NCBI GenBank assembly: GCA_050014195.1
Contig: JBEKDT010000001.1
Span: forward strand, 64,001 to 128,000
Reading direction: 5' to 3'
Source of the DNA: Desulfomonilia bacterium
GTDB lineage: Bacteria > Desulfobacterota > Desulfomonilia > UBA1062
Length of the DNA stretch: 64,000 nucleotides
Part shown: piece after piece, positions 49,100 through 59,257 of the stretch
Position numbering within the stretch: position 1 is the stretch's first letter
Layout of the letters: each line of letters begins with the position of its first letter
Translations under genes and position numbers: made by a program
The notes under the pieces: generated by a model
The model's database searches: none
What the model was told of the DNA's origin: nothing
Seen by the model: the letters and a program-made list of their open reading frames with translations, nothing else

Positions 49100-49627
49100 T
49101 CAATTAGAGCCAAATACAATCAGCGGTTTCTCTACCCATCTAATATTTTCTTTTCTGACTGTTCCGAAATACCTGCTGTCAAAGCTGTTGTTGTACGTGC
49201 TGGCAAAGAAATACTCCCCCTGCCTAAGAACATATTTGCAATATATTCTGGGTAACGGGAGGCCCTGTGAATCATTTTGCTTCACCGGCCCAAAGTACTT
49301 ACCGTTAATGTAGAGCCCGGCTGTAGAGACCTCAACAACATCACCCTGCTTTGCAACCACAGGCTTTGTGAGGTAGAAATTCAGGTGTTCAGGAAGCCAT
49401 CCCCTTGTCTTCATCAGACCATTAACATTCCGGGGTATGTCAAAAACACAGATCATTCCTTTATCAATCCGGTCCGGATGATCGATCCGGTAGATACCCT
49501 TAGGGAGGCTCGGCGTTATCTGGAACATAATCTTATAGCTCAAAGCCTTACACACAATCATAAATCCCACTACTACCAGGAGAGCATGGATCAGGGGTTT
49601 CAGCTCGGGCTTTTTTCTCCACATCAA
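49100..49627 (-). CDS. traF: Conjugative S26 peptidase TraF (pilin maturase)
   Basis: TPSLPKGIY, KPVVA..GD, SFDSRYFG. Confidence 0.88.
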   Translation of the reverse strand: MMWRKKPELKPLIHALLVVVGFMIVCKALSYKIMFQITPSLPKGIYRIDHPDRIDKGMICVFDIPRNVNGLMKTRGWLPEHLNFYLTKPVVAKQGDVVEVSTAGLYINGKYFGPVKQNDSQGLPLPRIYCKYVLRQGEYFFASTYNNSFDSRYFGTVRKENIRWVEKPLIVFGSN

Positions 49628-49640
49628 TTACACTCATCAC

Positions 49641-50951
49641 TCATTGAAGCGAATACGGCCTCAGGATCATATCGCGGTTCACCATCACATTGAACTTGTA
49701 CCCCGGTCTGATTTCGATGGTGGGGGCAACATTGAGCTCACGATCAAGGAGCTTCTGCCCGGCCTGGTTGATTCCACTCGCCGCATCTCCTGCCATCTGC
49801 TGTCTTGTAGTGGGATAGTTGCCTTCAGAGTTATTGCCACCAGCCTGACGGGCTCCGACGCTTAAGAACGTGCTCAGAAGGACAGCACCCGCAATCCTGC
49901 CATAGTGATAATTCACTTGGTCCTTTGCCCCGGCATACCCGGAAAGGTCGGTCCCCTGCATGCCGTTCAAGAGGATGGATGACCCGTCCGGGAATATCAT
50001 TCTGGTCCAAACCTGCATGACTCTGTCCTGCCCCCAGGAGATCTGATTGTCATAGGTCCCGATCAGCTTGGTTCCCTGCGGGACCAGAAGATATCTCCCC
50101 GATACCGAATCATAGACGTTCTCCCGGAGCTGGGCGATGATCTGCCCGGGCAGATCGGAGTTTATGCCTGTGATCAGGACTGCAGGGAGGACAGTTCCTG
50201 CCATGACCTGGTAAGGGGATGCAGGCTCCTGGATCTGGTGCTCCAGGTATATGGCTTCATCGGATTTTTTTGATTCATCGAGGAAGGCCCTCTTCCGGGC
50301 CTGGTCAGTATAAGGCTCCTGGCCGCCCGGGGCCTGGGCCAGCATCATACCCGGAGGCATTGAAGGCATGTTCGGCGCTTGAGATAAGGCAGCTGCAGGG
50401 GATGCCTGTTGCATTCTCGCGGGAGTGCTTGTCTCTGAGAAAAAGATCTTCGATTTCCGGGCCTCGTCAAGCGCCTGTTTCTTCGAGTCTTGTGTCCCTG
50501 CTCCCCCTTGGGAGGGCTGATTGTACGGGTCATATGGCTGGGTCTTTCCGTATCGTGGATCACCAGCATTAAAGCCGTATTGATAGGGCTGCTGAGGACC
50601 TGGCTGACCATTATTCATGCCGGGCATGTTGGGGTCCATGTAAGAGAAAGGCTGTCCGTTCTGTGCCACATCTCCTGCCTTGCTCCCTCTCACCTGTTCC
50701 CCATATGTCTTTGGAAGTTTATCAAAAGATTCCAGGTTCACTTTATCCCGTGGCTCGGCTGCTATCTCAGGGGCCGTTGAAGGCTGAATGGTTTCGGTAG
50801 CCCCGCTCTTTTTTGGCCCGAAACCGATCCCGAACAGGACAAAAGCGAGGAAGAAAACACCGCAGAGGAGGCCTACAACCATCTTCTTGTTTATCTTGCT
50901 GATGCCTTCAGGTTTCAGTCGTATGTTCTCAAGCATGTTCTTATCCTCCAC
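49641..50951 (-). CDS. trbI: TrbI / VirB10
   Basis: AGTVLPAVLITGINSDLPG, PQGTKLIG, PTIEIRPG. Confidence 0.93.
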   Translation of the reverse strand: MEDKNMLENIRLKPEGISKINKKMVVGLLCGVFFLAFVLFGIGFGPKKSGATETIQPSTAPEIAAEPRDKVNLESFDKLPKTYGEQVRGSKAGDVAQNGQPFSYMDPNMPGMNNGQPGPQQPYQYGFNAGDPRYGKTQPYDPYNQPSQGGAGTQDSKKQALDEARKSKIFFSETSTPARMQQASPAAALSQAPNMPSMPPGMMLAQAPGGQEPYTDQARKRAFLDESKKSDEAIYLEHQIQEPASPYQVMAGTVLPAVLITGINSDLPGQIIAQLRENVYDSVSGRYLLVPQGTKLIGTYDNQISWGQDRVMQVWTRMIFPDGSSILLNGMQGTDLSGYAGAKDQVNYHYGRIAGAVLLSTFLSVGARQAGGNNSEGNYPTTRQQMAGDAASGINQAGQKLLDRELNVAPTIEIRPGYKFNVMVNRDMILRPYSLQ

Positions 50952-50985
50952 GCCATGTTGATATCAGTTCACAAAACTCTCCTGA

Positions 50986-51975
50986 TCAAAGGCCGCCCAA
51001 GCTGAACTCGTTTGCACTGTTGCGGTAGATGTACACCTTCTCCGGGCTCGACGTGCCGAGCTGCAGCAAGGCTTTGTCGAAAAGACGGTCCACAATGTAG
51101 TAATGCTTCTGATAGCGGTAGTTCACGAGCTGAGAGTCGCTCTCCTTGGTCACGATGAACAGGGGCGGAAGCTCTCCCTGCTCGATGTCAGCAGGGAACT
51201 GGATGAATACCTTCTTTCCGTCATCGAAGGCCCTCAAGGGTTTCCAGGATGCACTGCCCTTGATGGAGTAGTTGAAGTTGAGATCCGAGATCTTGAGGTT
51301 CGCTATGATGTCCATCTTCGTGTCATTAACGGCATTGATCCTGTTCGTAATACTAGCAAGTTGGTCCTTGGGGTAATACCAGGACACACCTGCCTGGTAG
51401 GTTTCATTGAAGCTCTGGCACTCAAGGTGATAGATATGCTTGTCAGTAGATACAGCGATGTTAGTGTGAAGGTTCGGAATGTGTGGTTTCAGAAAGATGT
51501 GCACTCGCTGGTCCTTTCCAGTCCCGCTTGTAGTAACGTCCAATGACCACCTGGCGGTGTCACCTGCAGCGGGCGGGCTCGTAAGTGTTTCACCCGGCTG
51601 GAGCATAATGTCCGTCACGTGGAATGGTGCGCTGTAGATCTCATAGAGGGCTCCTTCCATGTAGTCATAAACGGTTACGGCGTTGATGTACCGGTCCTCA
51701 GTGGGCTTCTGGGCTGCCTCTTTGTTCGCCTCATCTATCACTTTAGCCGGGTCCTCGTTCTTCTTCTTGGATGCCTTAGCCTCCAATTTCTTGAGCTGAG
51801 GACTTGCCACTTTCTTGTAATTCGCCTGGGGCACGGGATCAGCTACGGGGATATCGAATGTGGACCCCTTCTGAGTAGGCGCTTTCACCTGCCGGGCAGG
51901 TACGATTTTTTCGTTCTGGGCACATGCTGATATTACAAAAAGACTTATGAGTACGATGACGATACACTTCTTCAT
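50986..51975 (-). CDS. trbG: TrbG / VirB9
   Basis: TDIMLQPGE, AGDTARW, WKPLRAFDDG, PPLF, VNYR. Confidence 0.92.
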   Translation of the reverse strand: MKKCIVIVLISLFVISACAQNEKIVPARQVKAPTQKGSTFDIPVADPVPQANYKKVASPQLKKLEAKASKKKNEDPAKVIDEANKEAAQKPTEDRYINAVTVYDYMEGALYEIYSAPFHVTDIMLQPGETLTSPPAAGDTARWSLDVTTSGTGKDQRVHIFLKPHIPNLHTNIAVSTDKHIYHLECQSFNETYQAGVSWYYPKDQLASITNRINAVNDTKMDIIANLKISDLNFNYSIKGSASWKPLRAFDDGKKVFIQFPADIEQGELPPLFIVTKESDSQLVNYRYQKHYYIVDRLFDKALLQLGTSSPEKVYIYRNSANEFSLGGL

Positions 51976-51993
51976 GAATTCACTTCCCTCCTC

Positions 51994-52683
51994 TCAATTC
52001 ACCTTGGATATGTTGAAAAAATCGATGAAGATCCCGAGCGGATTGGTCCGTAGAAGCTTCTCATCCTTCGGGGTATGAAAGACCAGGTTGAATATGCCTG
52101 TATAAGCCTGCCTGGTTGAAGGCGTACCGTTGTTCTCGAAATCCTGCTCATACCAGTTCACCTGGTAGCTGTTCTCGCTCATCTTGACAGCGCTTGACAC
52201 TTCCACGGACACAGCCCTCTTTCCAAGCTGTTTGAACGGGTCCCATTCCTTTGCGTACGCATTCAGCGTGTTCGACCCTTTGGGTGTCAGGAAATTGTAA
52301 GATGCAAGATAGTTGTGCCTCATAATAATCGCATCCGTCGGGATGGACCGTATCTGTGTCACGAACTGACCCAGAAAATACTCTGTTGCCGCTTCATTTG
52401 GTCTGTATAGCTTGTCAGCCTTGCCGACGAGGTTGACGGACCCATGTTCATTGACCTCAACGATATAGGGCACTACAGAGGAATTTAACGCTAAAAATAT
52501 GAAGCCAACCAACAAAACGGTTATGACAGCGAGCTCCCCGAATGCGATAAGCCTCCAGTTAGCAGCCTGCACCCTGGCCGCACCGATGAAGTCATCGAAC
52601 TCCTGTTTCGCCCTCTGGTACGGGGTTTCCGGTTCGCCTTCCGGTGTGAACTTCAACTTTTTAACTATTGCCAGTTTTTCCAT
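51994..52683 (-). CDS. trbF: TrbF / VirB8
   Basis: PETPYQRAKQE, QAANWR, VPYIVEV, NPLGIFI. Confidence 0.92.
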   Translation of the reverse strand: MEKLAIVKKLKFTPEGEPETPYQRAKQEFDDFIGAARVQAANWRLIAFGELAVITVLLVGFIFLALNSSVVPYIVEVNEHGSVNLVGKADKLYRPNEAATEYFLGQFVTQIRSIPTDAIIMRHNYLASYNFLTPKGSNTLNAYAKEWDPFKQLGKRAVSVEVSSAVKMSENSYQVNWYEQDFENNGTPSTRQAYTGIFNLVFHTPKDEKLLRTNPLGIFIDFFNISKVN

Positions 52684-53671
52684 TGTTGTTTGTACCCCCT
52701 GCCCCTGGTTTGACTTCAGGGGCTTTTCCTGTATTGTCTCCGCCGCCCTTTACTTTATTGTAGCCATATTTCCCTGCTCCTAAGACCATCTTCACTGTCC
52801 CCACGCTTCTGTTTACCGCTGTAGCTGCAGCTCTATCCCCGGCAAAACCAAATGCCGCTGCCCCTGTCAGAAAATGTGATCCTGATAGATTAGGCCCGCC
52901 TGATATGATTCCGGCTGCGAAATTTGGAGCACTCCAGCAGAGGTATGCGATGACGCACATCAAGGAAACAGCACAATAAAGCTGGTAATGGCTTGTGGAT
53001 GCGGTTGTCAGATCCAATCCGCCCATGATGTCGTAAGTTATGCTGACAATGAAAGCCAGAACCATCAATTTAACACCTATTGTAAAGGTTCCTCCTATAG
53101 CTCTCTCAGCCAGCCATGCAGTGGGTTTGAACACTGCAAAAGGGATCAGTATGACAGAGCATACCGTGAACAGATAGAACTCGATGATTACGACAAACAG
53201 ATTCCAGGCGATGAAGAAGTAGGAAAACAAACCTATCAGCCCTGCTAGAAACTGTAACGCACAATTTACAGTGTGCTGGTAGATATTAACAAAACCACCG
53301 ATGTCATCAAAAATGGGCTTAGTGGTCCTGAATCCCATGTCTATTATTGATGATGGGTCGAAGAGGTTAGACAATGTAATTGTATTACCACCAGCTACAA
53401 GTCCAGCCTGGGCAAAGGACATGATGAGTACATGGGACAAGGTCTTCATCTCAGTTACAACCCAAAGGAAAAAACCTATGGCTGTGATCTTCTTGATGGC
53501 AGTGACCGTGATATCGCTTTTGCCAAGAGCCCAGAAAACACCCATTATTACAATCTCTATGGCGACTAAATATCGCATGAGTACCAGTGCATCAGGGAGT
53601 ATTCTTGCATAGCCAAGTGAAAGTCTTCCAGCCAACTGATTTAACACAGTGGTTAAAATACCGGCTTCCAT
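52661..53671 (-). CDS. trbL: TrbL / VirB6
   Basis: Polytopic membrane protein, IEFY..IPF..TAWLAE, Gly-rich tail. Confidence 0.88.
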   Translation of the reverse strand: MEAGILTTVLNQLAGRLSLGYARILPDALVLMRYLVAIEIVIMGVFWALGKSDITVTAIKKITAIGFFLWVVTEMKTLSHVLIMSFAQAGLVAGGNTITLSNLFDPSSIIDMGFRTTKPIFDDIGGFVNIYQHTVNCALQFLAGLIGLFSYFFIAWNLFVVIIEFYLFTVCSVILIPFAVFKPTAWLAERAIGGTFTIGVKLMVLAFIVSITYDIMGGLDLTTASTSHYQLYCAVSLMCVIAYLCWSAPNFAAGIISGGPNLSGSHFLTGAAAFGFAGDRAAATAVNRSVGTVKMVLGAGKYGYNKVKGGGDNTGKAPEVKPGAGGTNNNGKTGNS

Positions 53672-53698
53672 GCTTCTACCTCACGGTTATTCCATTCT

Positions 53699-53839
53699 TC
53701 ACGGAAGATCCTTCATTGGTGTGGCTGTTGATTTCTTTGTTCCCCAATCTCTCATGGGGTCTTTTTTCGAGTTATCCGAACTACTGCAACTGGCAAGAAC
53801 CAATATGATAACTCCACAGGCTATTACTTTCTTAATCAT
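53699..53839 (-). CDS. trbK: Entry-exclusion lipoprotein TrbK-like (46 aa, missing from ORF track)
   Basis: MIKKVIACGVIILVLAS-CSSSDNSKKDPMRDWGTKKSTATPMKDLP; lipobox LASC, GGAGG RBS, located between trbJ and trbL. Confidence 0.8.
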   Translation of the reverse strand: MIKKVIACGVIILVLASCSSSDNSKKDPMRDWGTKKSTATPMKDLP

Positions 53840-53869
53840 TCTCTACCTCCATGCATCAGCTTCACTGCC

Positions 53870-54619
53870 CTATGGAAGGTCATTCATGGGCGCAGCTGTT
53901 GACTTCTTACTTCCCCATTCCCTCATCCGATATTTATAGTCCTGTTCCATTTCGTAATTCTTTGCCTGTTCTTCGGCGAGCCGGGTTGAATCAAGACGGT
54001 TCTGTACAGCAAGGAGCTGCTGGGTTTTGATCTGCTGTTTGATCTGCATGGCGGCTAACTCGTTGCCGTACTGCTGGGCGTCGAGATTTCCTGAAGCATG
54101 CCTGGAACCCATCAATACCTGGTCAGTAGCAATGATATCGTCGTTGATTCCCGCTACTTCCTGTGCCTGAACATTCATGGCATTGATATTGGCATTGGAG
54201 GTTGCCACGATCTGGGACAATCTCTTGGCTTGTATGTCGCTGGGAGATGAACCTTGTATTTCTTGTCCAAACTGCTGATAAAGATCCTGATAGCTCCTGT
54301 CCAGAGTCTGGATGGAATACCCGACGCCTTGTATCTTGCCCAACATGTCATCAATCTCTTGGGCAGTCTGCATTGGTGTATCTCCAATATTCGCCTGGAG
54401 AGCCTTGAGATTTTGATACTCATTATTAATCATGGTGACCTGGTTTTGTAATTGTTGGAGCAACTTCTCGTTTTGCTGAACCGCCTGGTAGGCTTCATAG
54501 AAGTTTTCCGCCCAGTTCCACGGGTCGTATACCGTTTCGAAGCTATATGATGCAGCGGTAATGGATAGGGTGAGAACCGAAATAATTACAAAGCTCCTTA
54601 TGAAGTTGCTCTTGCGCAT
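53870..54619 (-). CDS. trbJ: TrbJ / VirB5
   Basis: Signal peptide, VYDPWN, Gln-rich helices, GNLDAQQ..NEL. Confidence 0.88.
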   Translation of the reverse strand: MRKSNFIRSFVIISVLTLSITAASYSFETVYDPWNWAENFYEAYQAVQQNEKLLQQLQNQVTMINNEYQNLKALQANIGDTPMQTAQEIDDMLGKIQGVGYSIQTLDRSYQDLYQQFGQEIQGSSPSDIQAKRLSQIVATSNANINAMNVQAQEVAGINDDIIATDQVLMGSRHASGNLDAQQYGNELAAMQIKQQIKTQQLLAVQNRLDSTRLAEEQAKNYEMEQDYKYRMREWGSKKSTAAPMNDLP

Positions 54620-57000
54620 TGCAATACCTCCTTTGTCCCCGTTTTTAGGTCGAGCCATCTGTTCAAAAGGTCATCTTTCCCCTCTTCAAGCAAATCATCC
54701 ATAAGCCTGTGGTCCTCCTTAGAGCTTGAAGCACATACCGCGAGCGAAACAGGATCGAGCCCCAGGTCAAACAGTCTGTTCCCGGCATCGGACTGGCAAT
54801 AATACTGCCTCTTGGGCATGGCATTGACGAGAATCTCGATCTGACGGTGATTCAATCCGAACCTCTGGTACTGCTCATATGCCTCCGGTTCGAACGCCTT
54901 GCGGTTCGGCAGGAAGATCCTCGTTGGACACGACTCATTCAAGGTGCTAAAGATAGGGCTCTTCACCATGTCAGCTACAGACTGAGTAGAAAAGACGACA
55001 GCGACATTGGCTTTCCGCAGTGTCTTGAGCCAGTCGCGAATCTTGTTCGAAAAGATTGGATGATCCAGGAATAGCCAGGATTCATCCAGCAGGAGCAGGG
55101 TAGGGTCACCAGTGAATCTCTGGTCAAGTCGGTGGAACAGGTAGGAAAGCACCGGAGGCACTGCATTGTGCATAGAGACCATGAGATGGTTCATCTCAAA
55201 GCATTGAAATCTTCCGTATTCAAGAGTGTCGCTCTCGGCATCCAGGAGTTGACCGTATGATCCCTGCAGGGTGTACAGGAAGAGGGCCTCCCGGATCTCT
55301 TTGTTTTGCACCAAAGTGACAAGACCGGTGATGGTCCTTTGTCTTACCGGAGAAGTTGAAAGATTTGTAAGGGCTTCCCAGAGCTCATTTCTCAAACTCG
55401 GTGTTACTACAACATTTTGCTGAGCCAGGATTTCCGTGACCCACTCCAGAGCCCAGGATCTCTCACTTTCTTTATCGATATTCATCAGAGGCTGAAATGC
55501 CAGGTCAGTATTTTCTCCCAGGTCGTAGTGATCTCCTCCCGTGAGAAGGGTCGTGATTCTTGCAGACTTGTCCTTGTCGAATATATAAACCTGGGCGTTC
55601 CTGTACCTCTGGAACTGCGTAGCCATAAATGACAACAGAGCTGATTTCCCTGCACCTGTAGGACCAACAATCATCGTATGTCCGACATCCCCAACATGTG
55701 TGGAATATCTGAACGGGGTGTTGCTCAGGGTCTTTGCATAGAAAAGAGGCGGGCCGTTCAAGTGCTTGTTCTTTTCCGGGCCCGCCCAGTCTGAAGAGAG
55801 TGGAATGAGATGTGTAAGATTGAGAGAATGGACAAGAGGCCTTCTTATGTTTGCCCAGCAGTGACCCGGCAGTGAGCCTAACCATGACTGAATAACATTC
55901 AAAGACTCATTCCTGGTAACGAAGCCTGCAGAGTTGGTAATCTGCTCGACACTGCTGACTTTATCATGCAAAGCGTCGAGGTCCTTGTCCCACAGGACGA
56001 TACAGGAGGTATAGTACCCGGCTGATACGAGCCCTCCCGCGACCATCTCTGCGACCGCATCGCAATCGTAGGACTTATTCACCGCATCGGTATCTTCCTT
56101 GCCGTCGTCGATCTCGTTCATGAAGGACATCTTTACCAGGCTCCACAGGGAACGTTTCTTGGAAAACCATTGTTTCGAATACTTCTTCAGCTCTCTGATA
56201 GCCTCGTTCTTTGACAGGCAGATGAACCGGGTGGACCAGCGATATTCACACCCAAGGCCGTCCAGGTCCTTCAATATCTGGGGATCGGACTCCAGGGGGA
56301 AACCGTCAATCGAGATGACCTTGAGAAAGGATTCTCCGAGTTTCGGCTGAAAGCCCCCTATCAGGAGCTCGTCGGGAAGAAGATAGTCCAGAAAGACCGG
56401 TGTCTTTGGTGTCTTCACCGGATGATACTTTGTAGAAATACAGGAGTGGAGGTAGGTGAGAGTTGCATCATCATCGAGATACTCGACATAGGGGAATATG
56501 GTCTTCAGGATATCAACGATCTTCCTCACCTCGTCCTGGAAGTATTCCAAGTGCTTTGTGTAATCGATCTTCTGCTGATCCATGAACTTGTTGAGGATCT
56601 TCTGGGACTGCTCAGAGGGCGACATATACGTGAAGGTCAGGTAGTACGTGCTCGTGAAGTGGTGCCCGTCATCGAGAAAGATCCGCTTCCTTTCCTCATC
56701 GACCAGGCTGCTTGCCTGATTCGGGAACTCGGAATCAGGGTAGTAGTTGTACTTCCGCCTTTGTACTTCGATAAAGTAAGCCCAGGGAGAAGGGAGCCTC
56801 ATCAGTGCGTTGTTTACCTGTGCTGCGACCGCGTCGAGTTCCTCCTCTGTCGAGGAGTAGAGATCAGGTCCGTTGAAGATGATTGTTGATTGAAAGGAGC
56901 CTGTCTTGTTGAGGACGACTCCAGGGGCAATGATTATGGCCCAGGGAAGCCTATGGGCCAGTTTGTTCGGTGTTTCCCTGTACTCCTTAAGATGCAGCAC
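54598..57000 (-). CDS. trbE: TrbE / VirB4 ATPase
   Basis: GHTMIVGPTGAGKS, FDKD, LDESW, WLKTLRK, STQS; GTG start with GGAGG RBS. Confidence 0.95.
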   Translation of the reverse strand: MLHLKEYRETPNKLAHRLPWAIIIAPGVVLNKTGSFQSTIIFNGPDLYSSTEEELDAVAAQVNNALMRLPSPWAYFIEVQRRKYNYYPDSEFPNQASSLVDEERKRIFLDDGHHFTSTYYLTFTYMSPSEQSQKILNKFMDQQKIDYTKHLEYFQDEVRKIVDILKTIFPYVEYLDDDATLTYLHSCISTKYHPVKTPKTPVFLDYLLPDELLIGGFQPKLGESFLKVISIDGFPLESDPQILKDLDGLGCEYRWSTRFICLSKNEAIRELKKYSKQWFSKKRSLWSLVKMSFMNEIDDGKEDTDAVNKSYDCDAVAEMVAGGLVSAGYYTSCIVLWDKDLDALHDKVSSVEQITNSAGFVTRNESLNVIQSWLGSLPGHCWANIRRPLVHSLNLTHLIPLSSDWAGPEKNKHLNGPPLFYAKTLSNTPFRYSTHVGDVGHTMIVGPTGAGKSALLSFMATQFQRYRNAQVYIFDKDKSARITTLLTGGDHYDLGENTDLAFQPLMNIDKESERSWALEWVTEILAQQNVVVTPSLRNELWEALTNLSTSPVRQRTITGLVTLVQNKEIREALFLYTLQGSYGQLLDAESDTLEYGRFQCFEMNHLMVSMHNAVPPVLSYLFHRLDQRFTGDPTLLLLDESWLFLDHPIFSNKIRDWLKTLRKANVAVVFSTQSVADMVKSPIFSTLNESCPTRIFLPNRKAFEPEAYEQYQRFGLNHRQIEILVNAMPKRQYYCQSDAGNRLFDLGLDPVSLAVCASSSKEDHRLMDDLLEEGKDDLLNRWLDLKTGTKEVLQCARATS

Positions 57001-57061
57001 CAATACCTCCCCCGCCCAATCCATGGGCAGTAAGCAAAGCTGTCGCTATAGCTTTTGAAAG

Positions 57062-57301
57062 CTATGGCTCTAGGTAGTCGTCTTCATTGACATGAGAGAC
57101 CAAAACTTCAAGGAGGTATGGATCTGATTTATATAACACAACAAGAATAATATAAACGGGTATGAGAACCAAAATCATCCAGGCATTTTGCATGCCCAGC
57201 ACCAGAGCACCGCCTAGCGTTCCCCCCAGGATCGCTACATTCCGGGGTACTCCGGCAATCATGTTCCTTTCTATGAGACCTCGGTGGATTGGGACCTTCA
57301 T
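57062..57301 (-). CDS. trbD: TrbD / VirB3
   Basis: PIHRGL..GVPR, two TMs, K.DP. Confidence 0.85.
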   Translation of the reverse strand: MKVPIHRGLIERNMIAGVPRNVAILGGTLGGALVLGMQNAWMILVLIPVYIILVVLYKSDPYLLEVLVSHVNEDDYLEP

Positions 57302-57305
57302 AAAT

Positions 57306-57608
57306 TCAGAACCCCAAACCTCCGCTGAACCCGAAGAATGAAAGACCCCACCCGGTAGCAGCGCAAGCTACGGAAAGACCAAGCACCGCCTGCAAGGACC
57401 TCTTCAGAATCCCGCCTGTCTCACCGAAGGCCAGCATGAAGCCCACGGCCATAATTGCCGCAACGCTTCCGAACCTAAGCCATGGGCCGGTCAGAGAGTT
57501 CAGGATTTGATCGAGAGGGCCTTCCCAGGGCATGCCGCTTCCTGCAGCAAGAAGCATGGATGGGATCAAACAAGAAACAAGTGTAGTTGCCAACAAGCTC
57601 CATTTCAT
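57306..57608 (-). CDS. trbC: TrbC / VirB2 pilin
   Basis: GSGMPWEGPLDQILNSLTGP, LAFGE.GG. Confidence 0.92.
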   Translation of the reverse strand: MKWSLLATTLVSCLIPSMLLAAGSGMPWEGPLDQILNSLTGPWLRFGSVAAIMAVGFMLAFGETGGILKRSLQAVLGLSVACAATGWGLSFFGFSGGLGF

Positions 57609-57640
57609 AAAACCTCCTCATTCCATGTGGAGATGATAAA

Positions 57641-57669
57641 AAAATAAACTGTTTCAAATTCATTGTCAA
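57641..57669 (-). promoter_or_regulatory. Probable sigma70 promoter of the trb operon
   Basis: TTGACA-17-TATTTT with an AT-rich upstream tract. Confidence 0.5.
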
Positions 57670-57871
57670 CGCATTTTAAAAATATATATATGCTATATTA
57701 TTTATATTATATTGTTAGTCATCGCATATAATGAATAGAAACCTACCAAATCGGAAAGGAAATAAACCCTATACATCGTGAGGAGAATCAGAGCGCGAAT
57801 CATCTTGCCCAAATCAAATAGAAAAGTAGGGTGAAATTATAAACAGAATTGAAGCATGTCATTCATGAATC

Positions 57872-57945
57872 TGTAACACCCTCTCCGCTCGCCTCCTAAG
57901 TATTATGCCAACAGAGAACCTATTGTTATGCCGCTGCTTGTAGCA
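57872..57945 (+). repeat. Partial copy R6 of the upstream repeat (first hairpin only)
   Basis: TGTAACACCCTCTCCGCTCGCCTCCTAAG..GCCAAC..TTGTTATGCCGCTGCTTG, close to R2. Confidence 0.7.
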
Positions 57946-57989
57946 AACTCCATACTGGGCAAACAAGATGACGAGAACCAAGAGTATGA

Positions 57990-58290
57990 TGGCAGCTTAT
58001 ATAACACAAAAGCGATCTGGGATTATCTGGCCAATGAACGTGAGTTGGATAAAGAAGAGGGATTGACTGCCCTGTTCCTGCCGGCAAGTTCCATCCGGAA
58101 CTGCAGTGGCCGTCTCACACCTCTGGTGGTCAACCAGCTCTGGGCTGAGGTGTGCTCTCTCACCCAGGTATCAGGCAAGACCCCGCATTCTGCTCGGCAT
58201 GCTATGGGGTGACACATTATTGAGAAGACAGGGAACATCGCTGCGGTCCAGAAACAACTCGGGCATAGGAACGTTGCTTACGTCGAGCAT
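57990..58290 (+). pseudogene. Tyrosine recombinase C-terminal remnant
   Basis: ALFL..[33 protein letters not shown] with an in-frame TGA at 58210-58212. Confidence 0.75.
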
Positions 58291-58576
58291 TGAAATTAAG
58301 AGATCATTTGAGAATAAAGTGAGAATATAGGGTTGTTTGAAGTCGGATCAACCCTTTTATTGATGTCCATGCTGTTCTCCATTGGAATGATCTGAAGAGA
58401 CTAAGGGTCAACCTTGTTCTTAATAAAGCGCCGAGTACGTAAAGATTAAGGACTAAGATTTTCATAGAACTTGCCAGTGTCTCTGCAACGTTTTTAGCTG
58501 TTTTTTTAGGTAAATCATTGTTTATGCTTAATAACTATGTTGACATCTCATTCGAAGTAATAATAAATTAAATGAT

Positions 58577-59257
58577 ATGTCAGATATGTTAGAACTCCAT
58601 GACTTTCCTCTTTGCAATATATCAAAATTAATGATGGACAATCTTATTTATGATTATTTCACACAAGAGTTTTTAATATTCAACAAAAATATTGATAATA
58701 AAATCAATTATAAAAAATACTATTTGGAAAGAGAAAATAGAAAACGCAAATTAAATAATAAATTACAGATAATTTCTCCAAGTGAATCAATCGTGGCCAT
58801 GTTCATAATAGATAAGTTTCTTTATGAGTGCAGGAACTTTGCAAAATGCCCTATATATCCTGATTATTGTGATGAATATATTTCAAAAATTAATATCCAA
58901 GATGCAAAATCTTTAAAAGCATATTTTATATCAAAGGAGGTAATGAGGGATAAGAAATCAAGTTTTTATGAAATGCAGCAAGATTATTACATGGCATGCG
59001 AACATCTGCTTGGTTTTTGTTATAAATTAAAAAAAGACACATCTTTAGCAAAAACATGTGCTTTTTATCATAGAATGTATAAAATTCTTGATAGAAGAAA
59101 AAATATTCGAAGAACTACTGACATAATAAGAATATCTGTTAGATCAATTAACGATGCAAACAATGAGAAAAACCAATTAATTGACAAAAGAAGGTCTGAC
59201 AATGATAGAAGAAACATTAATCATCTAGGATATTTCGCAACAATATTTGAATCATAA
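58577..59257 (+). CDS. Hypothetical protein (very AT-rich)
   Basis: 226-codon ORF in AT-rich DNA; no recognised motif. Confidence 0.55.
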   Translation: MSDMLELHDFPLCNISKLMMDNLIYDYFTQEFLIFNKNIDNKINYKKYYLERENRKRKLNNKLQIISPSESIVAMFIIDKFLYECRNFAKCPIYPDYCDEYISKINIQDAKSLKAYFISKEVMRDKKSSFYEMQQDYYMACEHLLGFCYKLKKDTSLAKTCAFYHRMYKILDRRKNIRRTTDIIRISVRSINDANNEKNQLIDKRRSDNDRRNINHLGYFATIFES

